56,497 nt of DNA from a virus (IMGVR_UViG_3300044535_001837:1-56497); one strand, 5' to 3'; shown: positions 17,511-26,651, counted from the stretch's first letter. Notes: a model not told the origin generated them from the sequence alone. Made by a program: numbers and translations.

Positions 17511-17779
17511 TAGAAAGGCATATCGTCTGTGTCCTCTACCGGTTGTTCTACCGGCTGTTCACCTTTCTTTTGTGGATCATAAGTATCTAGTGCAACATAA
17601 AGTCCTCCGGATCTACCTCTCTTTACTTCTAGGTTTAACCATCCATCCTTCTCGTGCTTCTTGATAAACTCTAATGCTTCACTAACCTTTAAGGATAGTT
17701 TGGTGATCAAGAAATTTTGAGCATCATCTCTTCTTCTAGCGATGAATCCATCTGCGAAAATTGTTTGTTTGTCTTGCAT
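17510..17779 (-). CDS. Putative single-stranded DNA-binding protein
   Basis: Acidic C-terminal DTDDMPF tail typical of SSBs; follows the Sak and exonuclease genes. Confidence 0.6.
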   Translation of the reverse strand: MQDKQTIFADGFIARRRDDAQNFLITKLSLKVSEALEFIKKHEKDGWLNLEVKRGRSGGLYVALDTYDPQKKGEQPVEQPVEDTDDMPF

Positions 17780-17780
17780 G

Positions 17781-18515
17781 TTAATAAAGGGTTTCGTTTA
17801 TAAAATAGTTTTCAATATCCTCAGTCTTGTTAGGACCAAAGAACTTATGGTACACCTCCATCGCTCGTTCTACCTTTGCTTCACCACCTTTGATGAACTC
17901 CTCTGATGGTCTGAACAACCCTAGTTGTTGGGTTTCCTTGTCAATAACGTAGAAATAAAGAGGCTTTCCAAATAGTTGTTGGTAAATGTAGCACTGAGAG
18001 TCGTAGTTGTAGGACTTGGCAGACCATCTGAACTTGTTGATGTCAGATGTAGTCTTAAGATCTATTAGGAAATCCGAAGATACTATATCTGCCTTGGCTT
18101 TCCAATCCAATCCCTTGATCTTTCCAATGATAGGCTCTTCGTAAATGTTGCCATCCTTGTAGATGTCATCATAGAAAAGTATGTTGGACTTCATTACCCC
18201 TACTAGATCATGAATCTCATTGTACTCCTTAGTCAACAAGGCGAATGAAAGTCCGGTGTCCTCCAAGAACTTCTTATACTCCTTTGTATTACGAGTACTA
18301 ACATCCACGTGTGGTACATTCACCGCCTTCTCAGGCTCTAGAATTAGTTGATGGAATAGTCTACCCTCATGGAAGTGCTTGGAATCCTCTGATCGTGATC
18401 TAAATAACTTAGGGTTAGTAAGCAAGGAATAGATGTCAGAGTTGGAAAGGTAGTACTTACCCTTACCATTGTAGTACTCTTCATCGTCTCTTAGTTCTTC
18501 GATTATTGATTGCAT
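17781..18515 (-). CDS. RecE/ExoVIII-like PD-(D/E)XK exonuclease (DUF3799-like)
   Basis: LSNS, G...H..ILEP, KAKAD, IDLKTT and Y..Q..IY motifs. Confidence 0.8.
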   Translation of the reverse strand: MQSIIEELRDDEEYYNGKGKYYLSNSDIYSLLTNPKLFRSRSEDSKHFHEGRLFHQLILEPEKAVNVPHVDVSTRNTKEYKKFLEDTGLSFALLTKEYNEIHDLVGVMKSNILFYDDIYKDGNIYEEPIIGKIKGLDWKAKADIVSSDFLIDLKTTSDINKFRWSAKSYNYDSQCYIYQQLFGKPLYFYVIDKETQQLGLFRPSEEFIKGGEAKVERAMEVYHKFFGPNKTEDIENYFINETLY

Positions 18516-19150
18516 AGAGTAGATAGTTCTTTTTTAAGTTCACTTGAGATTTTGTACTTAACACCTAGTCTATTTACAAGAGCATCAATACCCTGTGCTT
18601 TGTTAGACTGCACAAAGTTCACAACCTTTTCCCACTCCGGAGTATCCTTCTTCAATTCAATTAAAGAATCTTTCTTCAAAGGCTCCGGCTTTGGTGTTGG
18701 TTCTGACTCCGGAAGATCCTCTCCGGCATAGATGTAGATACCCAATCCAAACATGGCTAGGTTCTTTACCAAGCATCGCATCATTGTCTTGTTGATGTCG
18801 AATGTTGTGGCTGCAGATACGGTCTTTTCTACCTCTACCTTTCTTCCGTTCTCCCACTTTGTACCCTTGTAGGTATAAGATTGCTTCTTCATGCTTTTGT
18901 TAGCACCATCCATTACCGGCAACCACATCTCCAAGGTCTGACCCTCGATGGTTACTTCGCTATGGCACATGAATCCAAGGTCATCATCGTATTCTGTAGG
19001 CAGAATCTTATAAGATGCATCCGGACATTCCTTCTTAGTTACAGACCATGCCCATGCCCATGATAGGTAGGTTAGGTTGTCCTTCTTTTCAACGTGATCA
19101 TTTACATTGATCGCTGATAGTCTTTCGAATACTGATTTTTTTGCTGTCAT
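18503..19150 (-). CDS. sak: Sak (Rad52-like, DUF1071) single-strand annealing protein
   Basis: INVNDHVEKK..LTYLSWAWAW, MWLPVMD, DINKT.MRCLVK.LAMFGLGIYIYAGEDLP. Confidence 0.85.
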   Translation of the reverse strand: MTAKKSVFERLSAINVNDHVEKKDNLTYLSWAWAWSVTKKECPDASYKILPTEYDDDLGFMCHSEVTIEGQTLEMWLPVMDGANKSMKKQSYTYKGTKWENGRKVEVEKTVSAATTFDINKTMMRCLVKNLAMFGLGIYIYAGEDLPESEPTPKPEPLKKDSLIELKKDTPEWEKVVNFVQSNKAQGIDALVNRLGVKYKISSELKKELSTLCNQ

Positions 19151-19437
19151 TTTTCTAGGTTTTTAATTAGTTGTTTGTAATCGGGATCTGTATTTAATTT
19201 ATGTTCAATCATTTTTATGCCATGGATAATTGACGAATGTCCTATCGAATATCCATTGGCCTCCATGTACATCTGTATATACCCTACAGATATGTTCCTC
19301 TGAAAGCATAGGTAGTATAGCATGTGTCTAGCATCAACTACTTCTCTCTTTTTATTCTTTGAAAAGATCCAATCCCTTGGGATCGAATAGAGATTTATAA
19401 TGTTGTTTAAGTACTTGTTGAAGAATTCAATTTTCAT
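19147..19437 (-). CDS. DnaA C-terminal-like HTH DNA-binding protein
   Basis: KKREVVDARHMLYYLC...HSSIIHG signature. Confidence 0.7.
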   Translation of the reverse strand: MKIEFFNKYLNNIINLYSIPRDWIFSKNKKREVVDARHMLYYLCFQRNISVGYIQMYMEANGYSIGHSSIIHGIKMIEHKLNTDPDYKQLIKNLEK

Positions 19438-19440
19438 TTT

Positions 19441-19632
19441 TTAAATGTTGCTAATTAGTAGAATGTAAACTAGGAATAGTGTAATCATTACACCGAAACT
19501 GATCATGTCAATAATGATCTTCTGTTTGCTAGATGCATCATCATATTTTCTACCGAATACTAATTCGGTAATCAGAATATTGACTGCCACCACTAGGAAA
19601 GCAATGACAATCATGGCTATGAAATCACTCAT
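19441..19632 (-). CDS. Small membrane protein with two TM segments
   Basis: Two hydrophobic segments. Confidence 0.6.
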   Translation of the reverse strand: MSDFIAMIVIAFLVVAVNILITELVFGRKYDDASSKQKIIIDMISFGVMITLFLVYILLISNI

Positions 19633-19904
19633 AACCTTCTGATGATCTCTTCAATTATTGCAGATTCAATATCTGATGTTGGCACACAATCTACAGGCAT
19701 GCCACTCTCCCTATCCGCCTTTGCTAGTTGGATGGTACCTAGTATGTTGATAGTGGTCTCACTATCACCCATGTATTCCCAATCGGATTCCTCTCCGGAG
19801 GTAACAACCTCGTAACTTCCGATCCAAAAATAGTCTTCGTCATCAATGCTGAATTCAAGTTCCTCATTGATAAAGACTTCGCTGTCGCTGAATTCTTTTC
19901 CCAT
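19629..19904 (-). CDS. Highly acidic hypothetical protein
   Basis: D/E-rich, 91 aa. Confidence 0.6.
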   Translation of the reverse strand: MGKEFSDSEVFINEELEFSIDDEDYFWIGSYEVVTSGEESDWEYMGDSETTINILGTIQLAKADRESGMPVDCVPTSDIESAIIEEIIRRL

Positions 19905-20076
19905 TAGATTTGATTTAAATTTGATACAATATAAGACAAATAATAAACAATATCAATCTTTTTTTGCAAAAACTCTTCGTCTATTTAACCAATGATGTTC
20001 ATTGCAGATCCGGTCTATGGCCTCCCACTTTGTGGTGCACATTATCCTTGCGTACAAACTACCGCAGTAGTATACA

Positions 20077-23000
20077 TTAAACATTCGCTTCGCTTCCATG
20101 ACTTAACTTTGCTTCGGATCCATACCTTACTTCCCTAGGGCATGGATAAACCTTGAATAAAGTATCAATTGCTTTTACAAACTTCTCCTTGCTTTTGTCA
20201 TCTAGGTATAGCAGTCTGTCATTAATTCCATGTACCAATCTGTACATTTCTATTCTTCCTTCTAGTGTCATTTCAGTTTATCTTTTACAAATTCAATAAT
20301 AGTATCAACCCAATCCCCATTCCATTCCCTTCCGGCATAGGTATTCTCAAACTCGTTGGTAAAGTCTATGCCTAATGCGTATAGTCCACCCATACCTTCA
20401 GTATCTATTACATTTTCTAGTCTAGATGTCATAGTATCATTGTTGATCATGGCATGGATCGTGCATACGATCTCGTGGTGGGTCTCTGCCCAATCTCTGA
20501 ACCCATTTTTCAGTACGCCTTTTGACTTCTTGGATGCTAACTGATCTAGTATGTTTGATACTAGCGTATACTCTAATTGAGTTACATTCTGTGGCAGATA
20601 CAACGCATCTGTCACCGCTTGGTAGGTGTGATCAAGATCAATTTCCTCCGGTACATTTACTTCGATTGTAATTTTCATAGTTGAATTGTTATGGTGTCAC
20701 TTAAATTTGATTTTATAGTTCTGCTTGGATATGCATCTTCCAATGCAAGTAGGTAGTCCTCTATGGAATAATTCATTTCATCTGCCTCGATCGCCATTGG
20801 ACCGACCACCTTTTTAATTTGTTCTTCGGATAGGGTGGTGTACAAAGTACATTGATCCCCATCCCATGTCCCGATCTTTAATTTAAATACATTCATCTTC
20901 CGTGATTTTTTCCTTGTAAATCTTTCTTACTTACTATTAAATTGATGTTGTCTACCTCTCGCTTATGTTTTTGCTTTGTATTTGAAAGTGCATCTTGTAA
21001 TGATTTATTGAGGGGTATTTTTTTAGTCTTGTACCACTTGATTAATTTTAATATCTCTTGATAAGACATCTCATTATATTTATTTTTAATATCCCCAAAC
21101 AAAATATCTTTCCAATGTGGTAATTTACTTGGCTTATCTATTTCAATAAAGTTTGGATATTTATCTTGTAAAATTTCAAGTACCTCTTGATTAAATGATA
21201 TCTTCTCTTGTTCGTAGTAAGTCCTAAGAACCATGAATGGCTTATCATTAATCAACTTTTCAATCGTCCAATTAGGATCGCTATAAAAGAACGCCTTACT
21301 CTTTAGCGTTAATATCCTTAGTCTAGTAATGTCCATCGCTTTCTATTAAGTTTGAGAAAGTAGCAACAATAAACTGCTCGTAGGTTATTAGCCTATCTTT
21401 TTTGGGGATACTTTTGTATGCTTTCTTTAGATCCTTTTCGAACCTAGTAACGAATTCATACATCATTTGCATTTCCTTCTCCATTCCTGTACAATTTTAG
21501 TCGCTTCGAATAATGCATCTGCAGATTCACCCATACCCATGTCCTCATTGGCCATGATCCATTGGTAGATATCATCTACCAACATCTGATCTTGATCCTC
21601 ACGGATCTCCTTGAGTCGCTTCACTTCGCTCCTTAGGAAATCATTTTCTAGTCCTTCAATTGATAGTCCCATATTCATTTATTGATCATGAATTCGTTCT
21701 TAATAACAGGAAACTTCTTTAGGTCATCCTTGGTCACCAACCCCATGATTAAATAAACTTCGGGGTTACGTGTAGTTCTAGCCTTGAACTCATTGGTGTT
21801 AAGCAATTCGTTCCACTCATTTGCAATTTCAATTGCATCCGGTTCTTTGCCTACGTAGTAGGTCTGTACTTCGATAGTTCTTTCCATTAGATTATAATTT
21901 TTGAGGGTATTACTTCTATGATCTGATTATTTTGGTATACATATTCAAGTTCGTCAACTAGATCAGCATTGGTGTAATCTTCGTCCAAGTCACGCTTACG
22001 TTCCACAAATGGCTTCATTACTCCAATTATCTGATCCTCTGTTAAGTCAGTTAGGATTATAAAATCCTCCTCCTCCCATGCAGTGGTGTTTATTCTGTAT
22101 GCTTTCATGATCTTTATTCTGCATAAGACATGTCATATCCTAACTCCTTTAACTTATCGATGATCGATGTAAGCAAGGAATATACCCCATCGTAATCGAC
22201 TAATTTATTCCCTTCAAACCATAGTCCGCCCTCCGCATACCAATCATCCCCTCCGGTCTCTATGTCATAAAGTTCAAAGTATCCATAGTCATCATCCACA
22301 TTTATGGTGATATGTAGTACAACATTATCCTCGTCTTTAATTATCCCAAAACTATTTTCAAGGGCCAAATTTTCTGTTACTTCGAATTCAATTTTCATGT
22401 TATTAGTTATTAGATAGGTTATTAAATGCATCATTAAATGGCTCGAATCCTTCCACTAGATCCATAAGATTTCTAGTGGCAAGCAGTAGGATAATTTTGT
22501 AGTCCACAGTACTATGGATCATTTCACTTATTCTACTTACCTTTTGTTCCCCTCTATCCATTGAGATAGTTAGGACCGCTGCTAACTGCGAAGCATATTC
22601 ATGTTGACTCACGTCCAATGCCCCCACTAGGGACTCCGCATCATGGTTAAATTTCATTTTATCTTTCATGTCTCTTTATTTTTAGTACTCTATATGCGAA
22701 AAATCCGTATTTATTATCCAATTCAATATAGTTTGAATCTTGATCTGCTATCCTAGTTACTTCAAGTACTTCACCCCTTCTAGGTGGATCCCCCACTAGG
22801 GACACGTCATCTAGGACCACTACCAAGTCCCCAATTTGTATGTGATTTCCATCTGAATCTAAAGCATGGAGAGTAGATTCCAATGATTCTGTGATGTCTA
22901 AAATATCACCATCATCCGACCATTTTTCTAGTATTATCCGGAGGATTTCCACATCATCGAATAGTCTAGAAATATTATTAAAGTTTTTAATGACATCAAT

Positions 23001-23485
23001 TGAATGTCCGTTTCTATTATCTAATTGTATCATGATTTTATTTTGTTTTTTCAATTGCTTTTGATATTTCTTTTTGAATTTTAATAGGTAATCCGGCAAC
23101 ACAATGCCACATATGTCCATGTCTTAATTTAAATCCATCATTTACAATATCTACCAATGTAGTATAGTGATATACAATATCTAATGGTTCTACAGGGCAC
23201 TCATTTTTAAAGTCCCAAATGATGTAATCTTGTTTGCTAATATTTTTCATGTTATTTTTTCATTTGTTGTATAAACATTCCGGTTATCTTATCCTCTAAG
23301 GTGTAATCATTTGTGTCCGTATCTTTAGATAGATCCCCGATCACCTTGGTACCTATTACTTTTACCCGATCTTGATTTCGATCCATAAATCTTAGCCAAT
23401 TTTCTAGATGCTTATCATCTTTAAAATCCCTAGTTTGTGCGAAGGATCCGCCGTAGATCCCTCGCATGTATATGACCGCCTTCAT
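20077..23485 (-). other. Array of about 12 small early hypothetical CDSs
   Basis: Tightly packed same-strand ORFs with A-rich leaders: 20077-20271, 20268-20678, 20675-20896, 20893-21336, 21463-21678, 21675-21887, 21887-22108, 22114-22398, 22403-22669, 22659-23033, 23038-23250, 23252-23485. Confidence 0.7.
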
Positions 23486-23487
23486 TT

Positions 23488-23661
23488 TTAGTATGGCAAA
23501 ATATCAAAAATGTAATCCGGTTCTAGTCCGTAGTCCCATAGCAGTTCCTCCGGATCCGCACCTTCTAGGACCTCCGACCGCATGTCTTGAATGATCTCAA
23601 TCGCTTCGCTTTTGTCATGGCCTTGGTTAATCAAGGCCCTAAATAAATCTAGTTTTTCCAT
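23488..23661 (-). CDS. Small acidic early protein (57 aa, not in the ORF track)
   Basis: MEKLDLFRALINQGHDKSEAIEIIQDMRSEVLEGADPEELLWDYGLEPDYIFDILPY. Confidence 0.65.
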   Translation of the reverse strand: MEKLDLFRALINQGHDKSEAIEIIQDMRSEVLEGADPEELLWDYGLEPDYIFDILPY

Positions 23662-23665
23662 GGTT

Positions 23666-23875
23666 TTATTTTATATATATGTAGGATCTTTTTTCGTTAA
23701 ATATTTTACTTAAACTTTTTACCTCTTTTTCAAAATCAAAATTCTGAATACATTCCCACGAAAATTCCTCTATCCGGCTGGAATTATCTTTGTAAAATTT
23801 TAGCCTATTTTTTTTGGCTTTTGTATGGCCCTTAATGGCCTTAATTTTTTCGAGTACGTACGTAGTTTTTTCCAT
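23666..23875 (-). CDS. Basic early hypothetical protein
   Basis: ORF with an AAAACT leader. Confidence 0.55.
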   Translation of the reverse strand: MEKTTYVLEKIKAIKGHTKAKKNRLKFYKDNSSRIEEFSWECIQNFDFEKEVKSLSKIFNEKRSYIYIK

Positions 23876-23894
23876 AGTTTTTTAAAGTTTTAAA

Positions 23895-23921
23895 GATCCC
23901 TCCGGATATCCGGAGGGGATC
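23895..23921. terminator. Near-perfect hairpin GATCCCTCCGGATATCCGGAGGGGATC
   Basis: Intergenic inverted repeat just after the GP88 stop; terminator or processing site. Confidence 0.5.
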
Positions 23922-23926
23922 CGGTT

Positions 23927-24553
23927 TTAGTGTATCAATAAGCCTATCTTATTATTTTCAGTGACCCATTTGGTCGCATTTAGATCCAAATAACTTGAAT
24001 CAAAATAACCTTCCAAGGTCATTTGGTCCATGCTTTTAAAGATCTTTGAATGACGTTCCTTACTTTGGTCGATCAATTCGTCATTTTTCGAACCTAGGCT
24101 AAAAATTAGGTCGAAATTATCCGGCAAAATATATTTACCCCTAATAAATGAATGGCTTTTGGTGTAGGCATAAAACCGGACCGCCGGATTATTTTCGGCG
24201 ATCTTTACCCATTTTTCAAAGTAGGCCGGCGAATAAAAATCACCGGAGTCATGGATCCGGACGTAAATTTGTTTTTTACTTTTTACCTTCGAAAGTTCGT
24301 CGGTAATTAGGTCGACGAAATTATCTTTTTTGCTAGCCTCATATCGATCACTCAAAGCACGTTCCACGTTCCCAAATCGATACATGCCTTTTTTAGCATA
24401 GCAAAGGGATAAACATGATCCGGCAAAAGGGCACGTAATTTTTCCGGTCCTTTTGTCATTACCGGCAGGAATTGAAAAATTGAAAATAGTCACGCCAAAT
24501 TCGGCCGCCGTTTTTTTAAGTTTGGTGTTACCCGATCCCAATAAATTTTTCAT
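23927..24553 (-). CDS. GP88-family (radical-SAM-like, Cys-motif) protein
   Basis: GNTKL, FSIPAG, TCP....C...CYA, RIHDSGDFYS..Y...W and FYAYTKS motifs. Confidence 0.75.
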   Translation of the reverse strand: MKNLLGSGNTKLKKTAAEFGVTIFNFSIPAGNDKRTGKITCPFAGSCLSLCYAKKGMYRFGNVERALSDRYEASKKDNFVDLITDELSKVKSKKQIYVRIHDSGDFYSPAYFEKWVKIAENNPAVRFYAYTKSHSFIRGKYILPDNFDLIFSLGSKNDELIDQSKERHSKIFKSMDQMTLEGYFDSSYLDLNATKWVTENNKIGLLIH

Positions 24554-24589
24554 GGTTTTTTTTGTTTAAGATTTAAATTAATTTAATTG

Positions 24590-24632
24590 ATCCGGCAAGG
24601 GGATTCGAACCCCTTTTTTATCCAATGCCGGA
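24590..24632 (-). ncRNA. tRNA minihelix mimic (acceptor stem + T-arm only)
   Basis: TCCGGCA-11 nt-AGGGG-TTCGAAT-CCCCT-TGCCGGA-T, followed by CAA. Confidence 0.6.
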
Positions 24633-24637
24633 TTTTT

Positions 24638-25011
24638 TTTTACTTCATTAAATGAAGGCCAAACATGTACCCCAAGATAAAAATGGGACTTAAGGCGATA
24701 ATGGTCCAAATAAATAAAATTAGTTTTTTCATGGTTTTTAAAAGATAGTTTTTTCTAATTCAAGGCCAAAAAAATGGCCAATTGTTATAATTACGGCCAT
24801 TATCAAAATGGCTATAATTGTTGATTTTATTTCGTCCTTTTTCATTTTAGTATTTTTTTAGTATTTCAAAAGTTCCGTTCCCATGTACAAAGATTTTTAC
24901 CTTTGTCGGTTTGAATCCAAATTTTTCTTCTTTTGTGATCCAAATAATGTAGGGGATCCCGTCCCCGTACATTAAATCCGCACATGCCTGATAAATAGTT
25001 TTGAATCTCAT
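24638..25011 (-). other. Three tiny early ORFs, two of them single-TM peptides
   Basis: MRFKTIYQACADLMY..., MKKDEIKSTIIAILIMAVII... and MKKLILFIWTIIALSPIFILG..., each with an A-rich leader; boundaries approximate. Confidence 0.5.
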
Positions 25012-25319
25012 TTTAGTGATTTTTTAAATGATTTTAAGATAATATTTAAAGTATAGTTTAAATGCTTTGCACAAAATTCGTCACCGCCTATAGATTTCTT
25101 ATTCATATTATAACGCTCCTTAGTTTCAAAATATGAATACTTTAAATAAACATCATCCGCCGGCCGAATAGTAACGAATTGATTTTTTACTTCAATCGGT
25201 TTTATTTGTACGTAATACGGCCACGTTCCGCCGGCATACGTTACAGGTGTATGGTCCAATTCATTTACTTGGTTGATCATGGAATTAATTAGGTCGATTT
25301 TTTTGAGTAGTGCTTTCAT
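25008..25319 (-). CDS. First gene of the leftward early arm, hypothetical
   Basis: 103-aa ORF with an A-rich leader. Confidence 0.65.
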   Translation of the reverse strand: MKALLKKIDLINSMINQVNELDHTPVTYAGGTWPYYVQIKPIEVKNQFVTIRPADDVYLKYSYFETKERYNMNKKSIGGDEFCAKHLNYTLNIILKSFKKSLK

Positions 25320-25536
25320 GTGTTTTTTTTGTTAGCGTTTAAATCTTTACAAATATGGTTTAAATCTTTATTAAAACAAATAGTTAAAAAGATTTTTTTA
25401 ATATATTTTTTTATAAAACGTGTAACGTGCTGATAATCAAAAAGATAGTTTTAAATAATATTTAAAATTTATTTATTGATCTTTTTTTCGTGGGGATTTT
25501 ATCCCCTACTTAAGATCATTTAACTAGTTTTTTTAT

Positions 25537-25765
25537 TGATCATTGCGAAGGAAGGAAGGAGGGCGAAGGAAGGAAGGAAGGAGGGCCGGCGATCCATGGG
25601 CCGGCGGGCCGGGCCCTAGGGGATCCGATCCAATGCGGGCCGGCATGCATGTAGGTAGGTCCCTAGCAAAAAGCCAAAAAATCAGAGGAAGGCCGGAGGA
25701 CCCGACCCCCACCCCCATCAAAAATAAACGGTTTTCGTTTCCGGCCGGCAACGCAAAACGTACTA
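25537..25765. other. GC-rich non-coding island with GAAG repeats and dense palindromes (candidate terminus/pac/origin)
   Basis: Lies where the two arms diverge; composition far from the genome average. Confidence 0.55.
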
Positions 25766-25797
25766 TATAACCCAACTACTCTTATCATCTAAATAGT

Positions 25798-25805
25798 TAT
25801 ATTTG
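25798..25805 (+). promoter_or_regulatory. -7 box TATATTTG
   Basis: TAnnTTTG immediately before the first rightward ORF. Confidence 0.5.
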
Positions 25806-25808
25806 TGC

Positions 25809-26006
25809 ATGTACGATGGACTAACAATTAAGAATGGTCGTTTGGTAAATGATCGTCCTAACGGTATGACAGGTATTCAAGAGGCTCTTGATATTAAGAA
25901 GACCTTGAAGAAAGCGAAGAAGCTTGAGATGTATTCTGAAGCTGTTTCAGTCGGTATCCAAAAAGCAGAGAATGTCGAAAAATTAAAGGAGATGTTCTTC
26001 AAGTAA
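25809..26006 (+). CDS. Hypothetical protein
   Basis: MYDGLTIKNGRLVNDRP...; followed by a terminator. Confidence 0.6.
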   Translation: MYDGLTIKNGRLVNDRPNGMTGIQEALDIKKTLKKAKKLEMYSEAVSVGIQKAENVEKLKEMFFK

Positions 26007-26026
26007 TAGCTTTTGGGTTTATTTGA

Positions 26027-26057
26027 GAAGAGGGATTTTATGGTCCCTCTTTTTTTA
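26027..26057 (+). terminator. Intrinsic terminator
   Basis: AAGAGGGA/TCCCTCTT stem plus T-run. Confidence 0.7.
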
Positions 26058-26074
26058 TTATTGACTATGCTAAA

Positions 26075-26231
26075 AATCTGACATAGCATGTACGTTTTTA
26101 TGTCGTGTAACTAATTGATTTTCAATCTACTGATAGATTATGTCGATTTTCAACCTAAGTTCTAGTCAGAAATAAATAATATATATAATAATATATATAT
26201 ATATATATAGGGAAGGAAAGCTTTGACATGG
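26075..26231. repeat. Origin-like element, copy 2
   Basis: TGTC/GACA boxes, GATTATGTC and AGAAATAAATAAT-(TA)n-GGGAA, colinear with 17310-17470. Confidence 0.55.
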
Positions 26232-26253
26232 AATTGATGTTCCATTTTTTCAT

Positions 26254-26261
26254 TATCTTTG
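26254..26261 (+). promoter_or_regulatory. -7 box TATCTTTG
   Basis: TAnnTTTG upstream of ATG 26288. Confidence 0.55.
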
Positions 26262-26287
26262 TATACACCAAAAAAACAAAAAAGAAA

Positions 26288-26578
26288 ATGGAGAAGTTTT
26301 TAAGTATCCCGGTAACAAATGAGCAGCGTCAATTGATTTCTGCGACAGGTATTGTATTAATCGAGCAAGAGTCAACTACAGTTGTTCACGTGCACTACAA
26401 GGCTAGCACAGGAACTGATGTTGTTGTAATTACTCATGCGGCAGCACCTGCAGGAAATGAGTCTATGCGTGATGCTATTCAAGATGCTCTTGTGAATGCA
26501 TTGGCTACATCATGGACTTATGTAGCGTTTGAGGTTGATAACCTACCATTTGCTGTATCAGGTATTACAGTTGGTTAA
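26288..26578 (+). CDS. Hypothetical, possibly virion, protein
   Basis: Start placed at MEKFLSIP after the promoter and A-rich leader; has its own terminator. Confidence 0.65.
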   Translation: MEKFLSIPVTNEQRQLISATGIVLIEQESTTVVHVHYKASTGTDVVVITHAAAPAGNESMRDAIQDALVNALATSWTYVAFEVDNLPFAVSGITVG

Positions 26579-26597
26579 TATTCCTGATCTATTAAAG

Positions 26598-26627
26598 AGA
26601 GCCATTCTTCGGGATGGCTTTTTTGTT
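26598..26627 (+). terminator. Intrinsic terminator
   Basis: AGCCATTC-TTCG-GGATGGCT stem-loop plus T-run. Confidence 0.75.
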
Positions 26628-26643
26628 TTATATATTTTTTTTC

Positions 26644-26651
26644 TAGATTTG
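26644..26651 (+). promoter_or_regulatory. -7 box TAGATTTG of groEL
   Basis: TAnnTTTG upstream of the ATG. Confidence 0.5.

Noticed and set aside
25545-25586. GAAG repeats as a CRISPR or mini-array
   Set aside because: Only two short purine units without unique spacers; I saw no CRISPR array anywhere in the window.
25533-25775. ORFs called on both strands of the GC island
   Set aside because: Non-ATG starts, repeat-derived low-complexity translations and atypical composition; better explained as non-coding.
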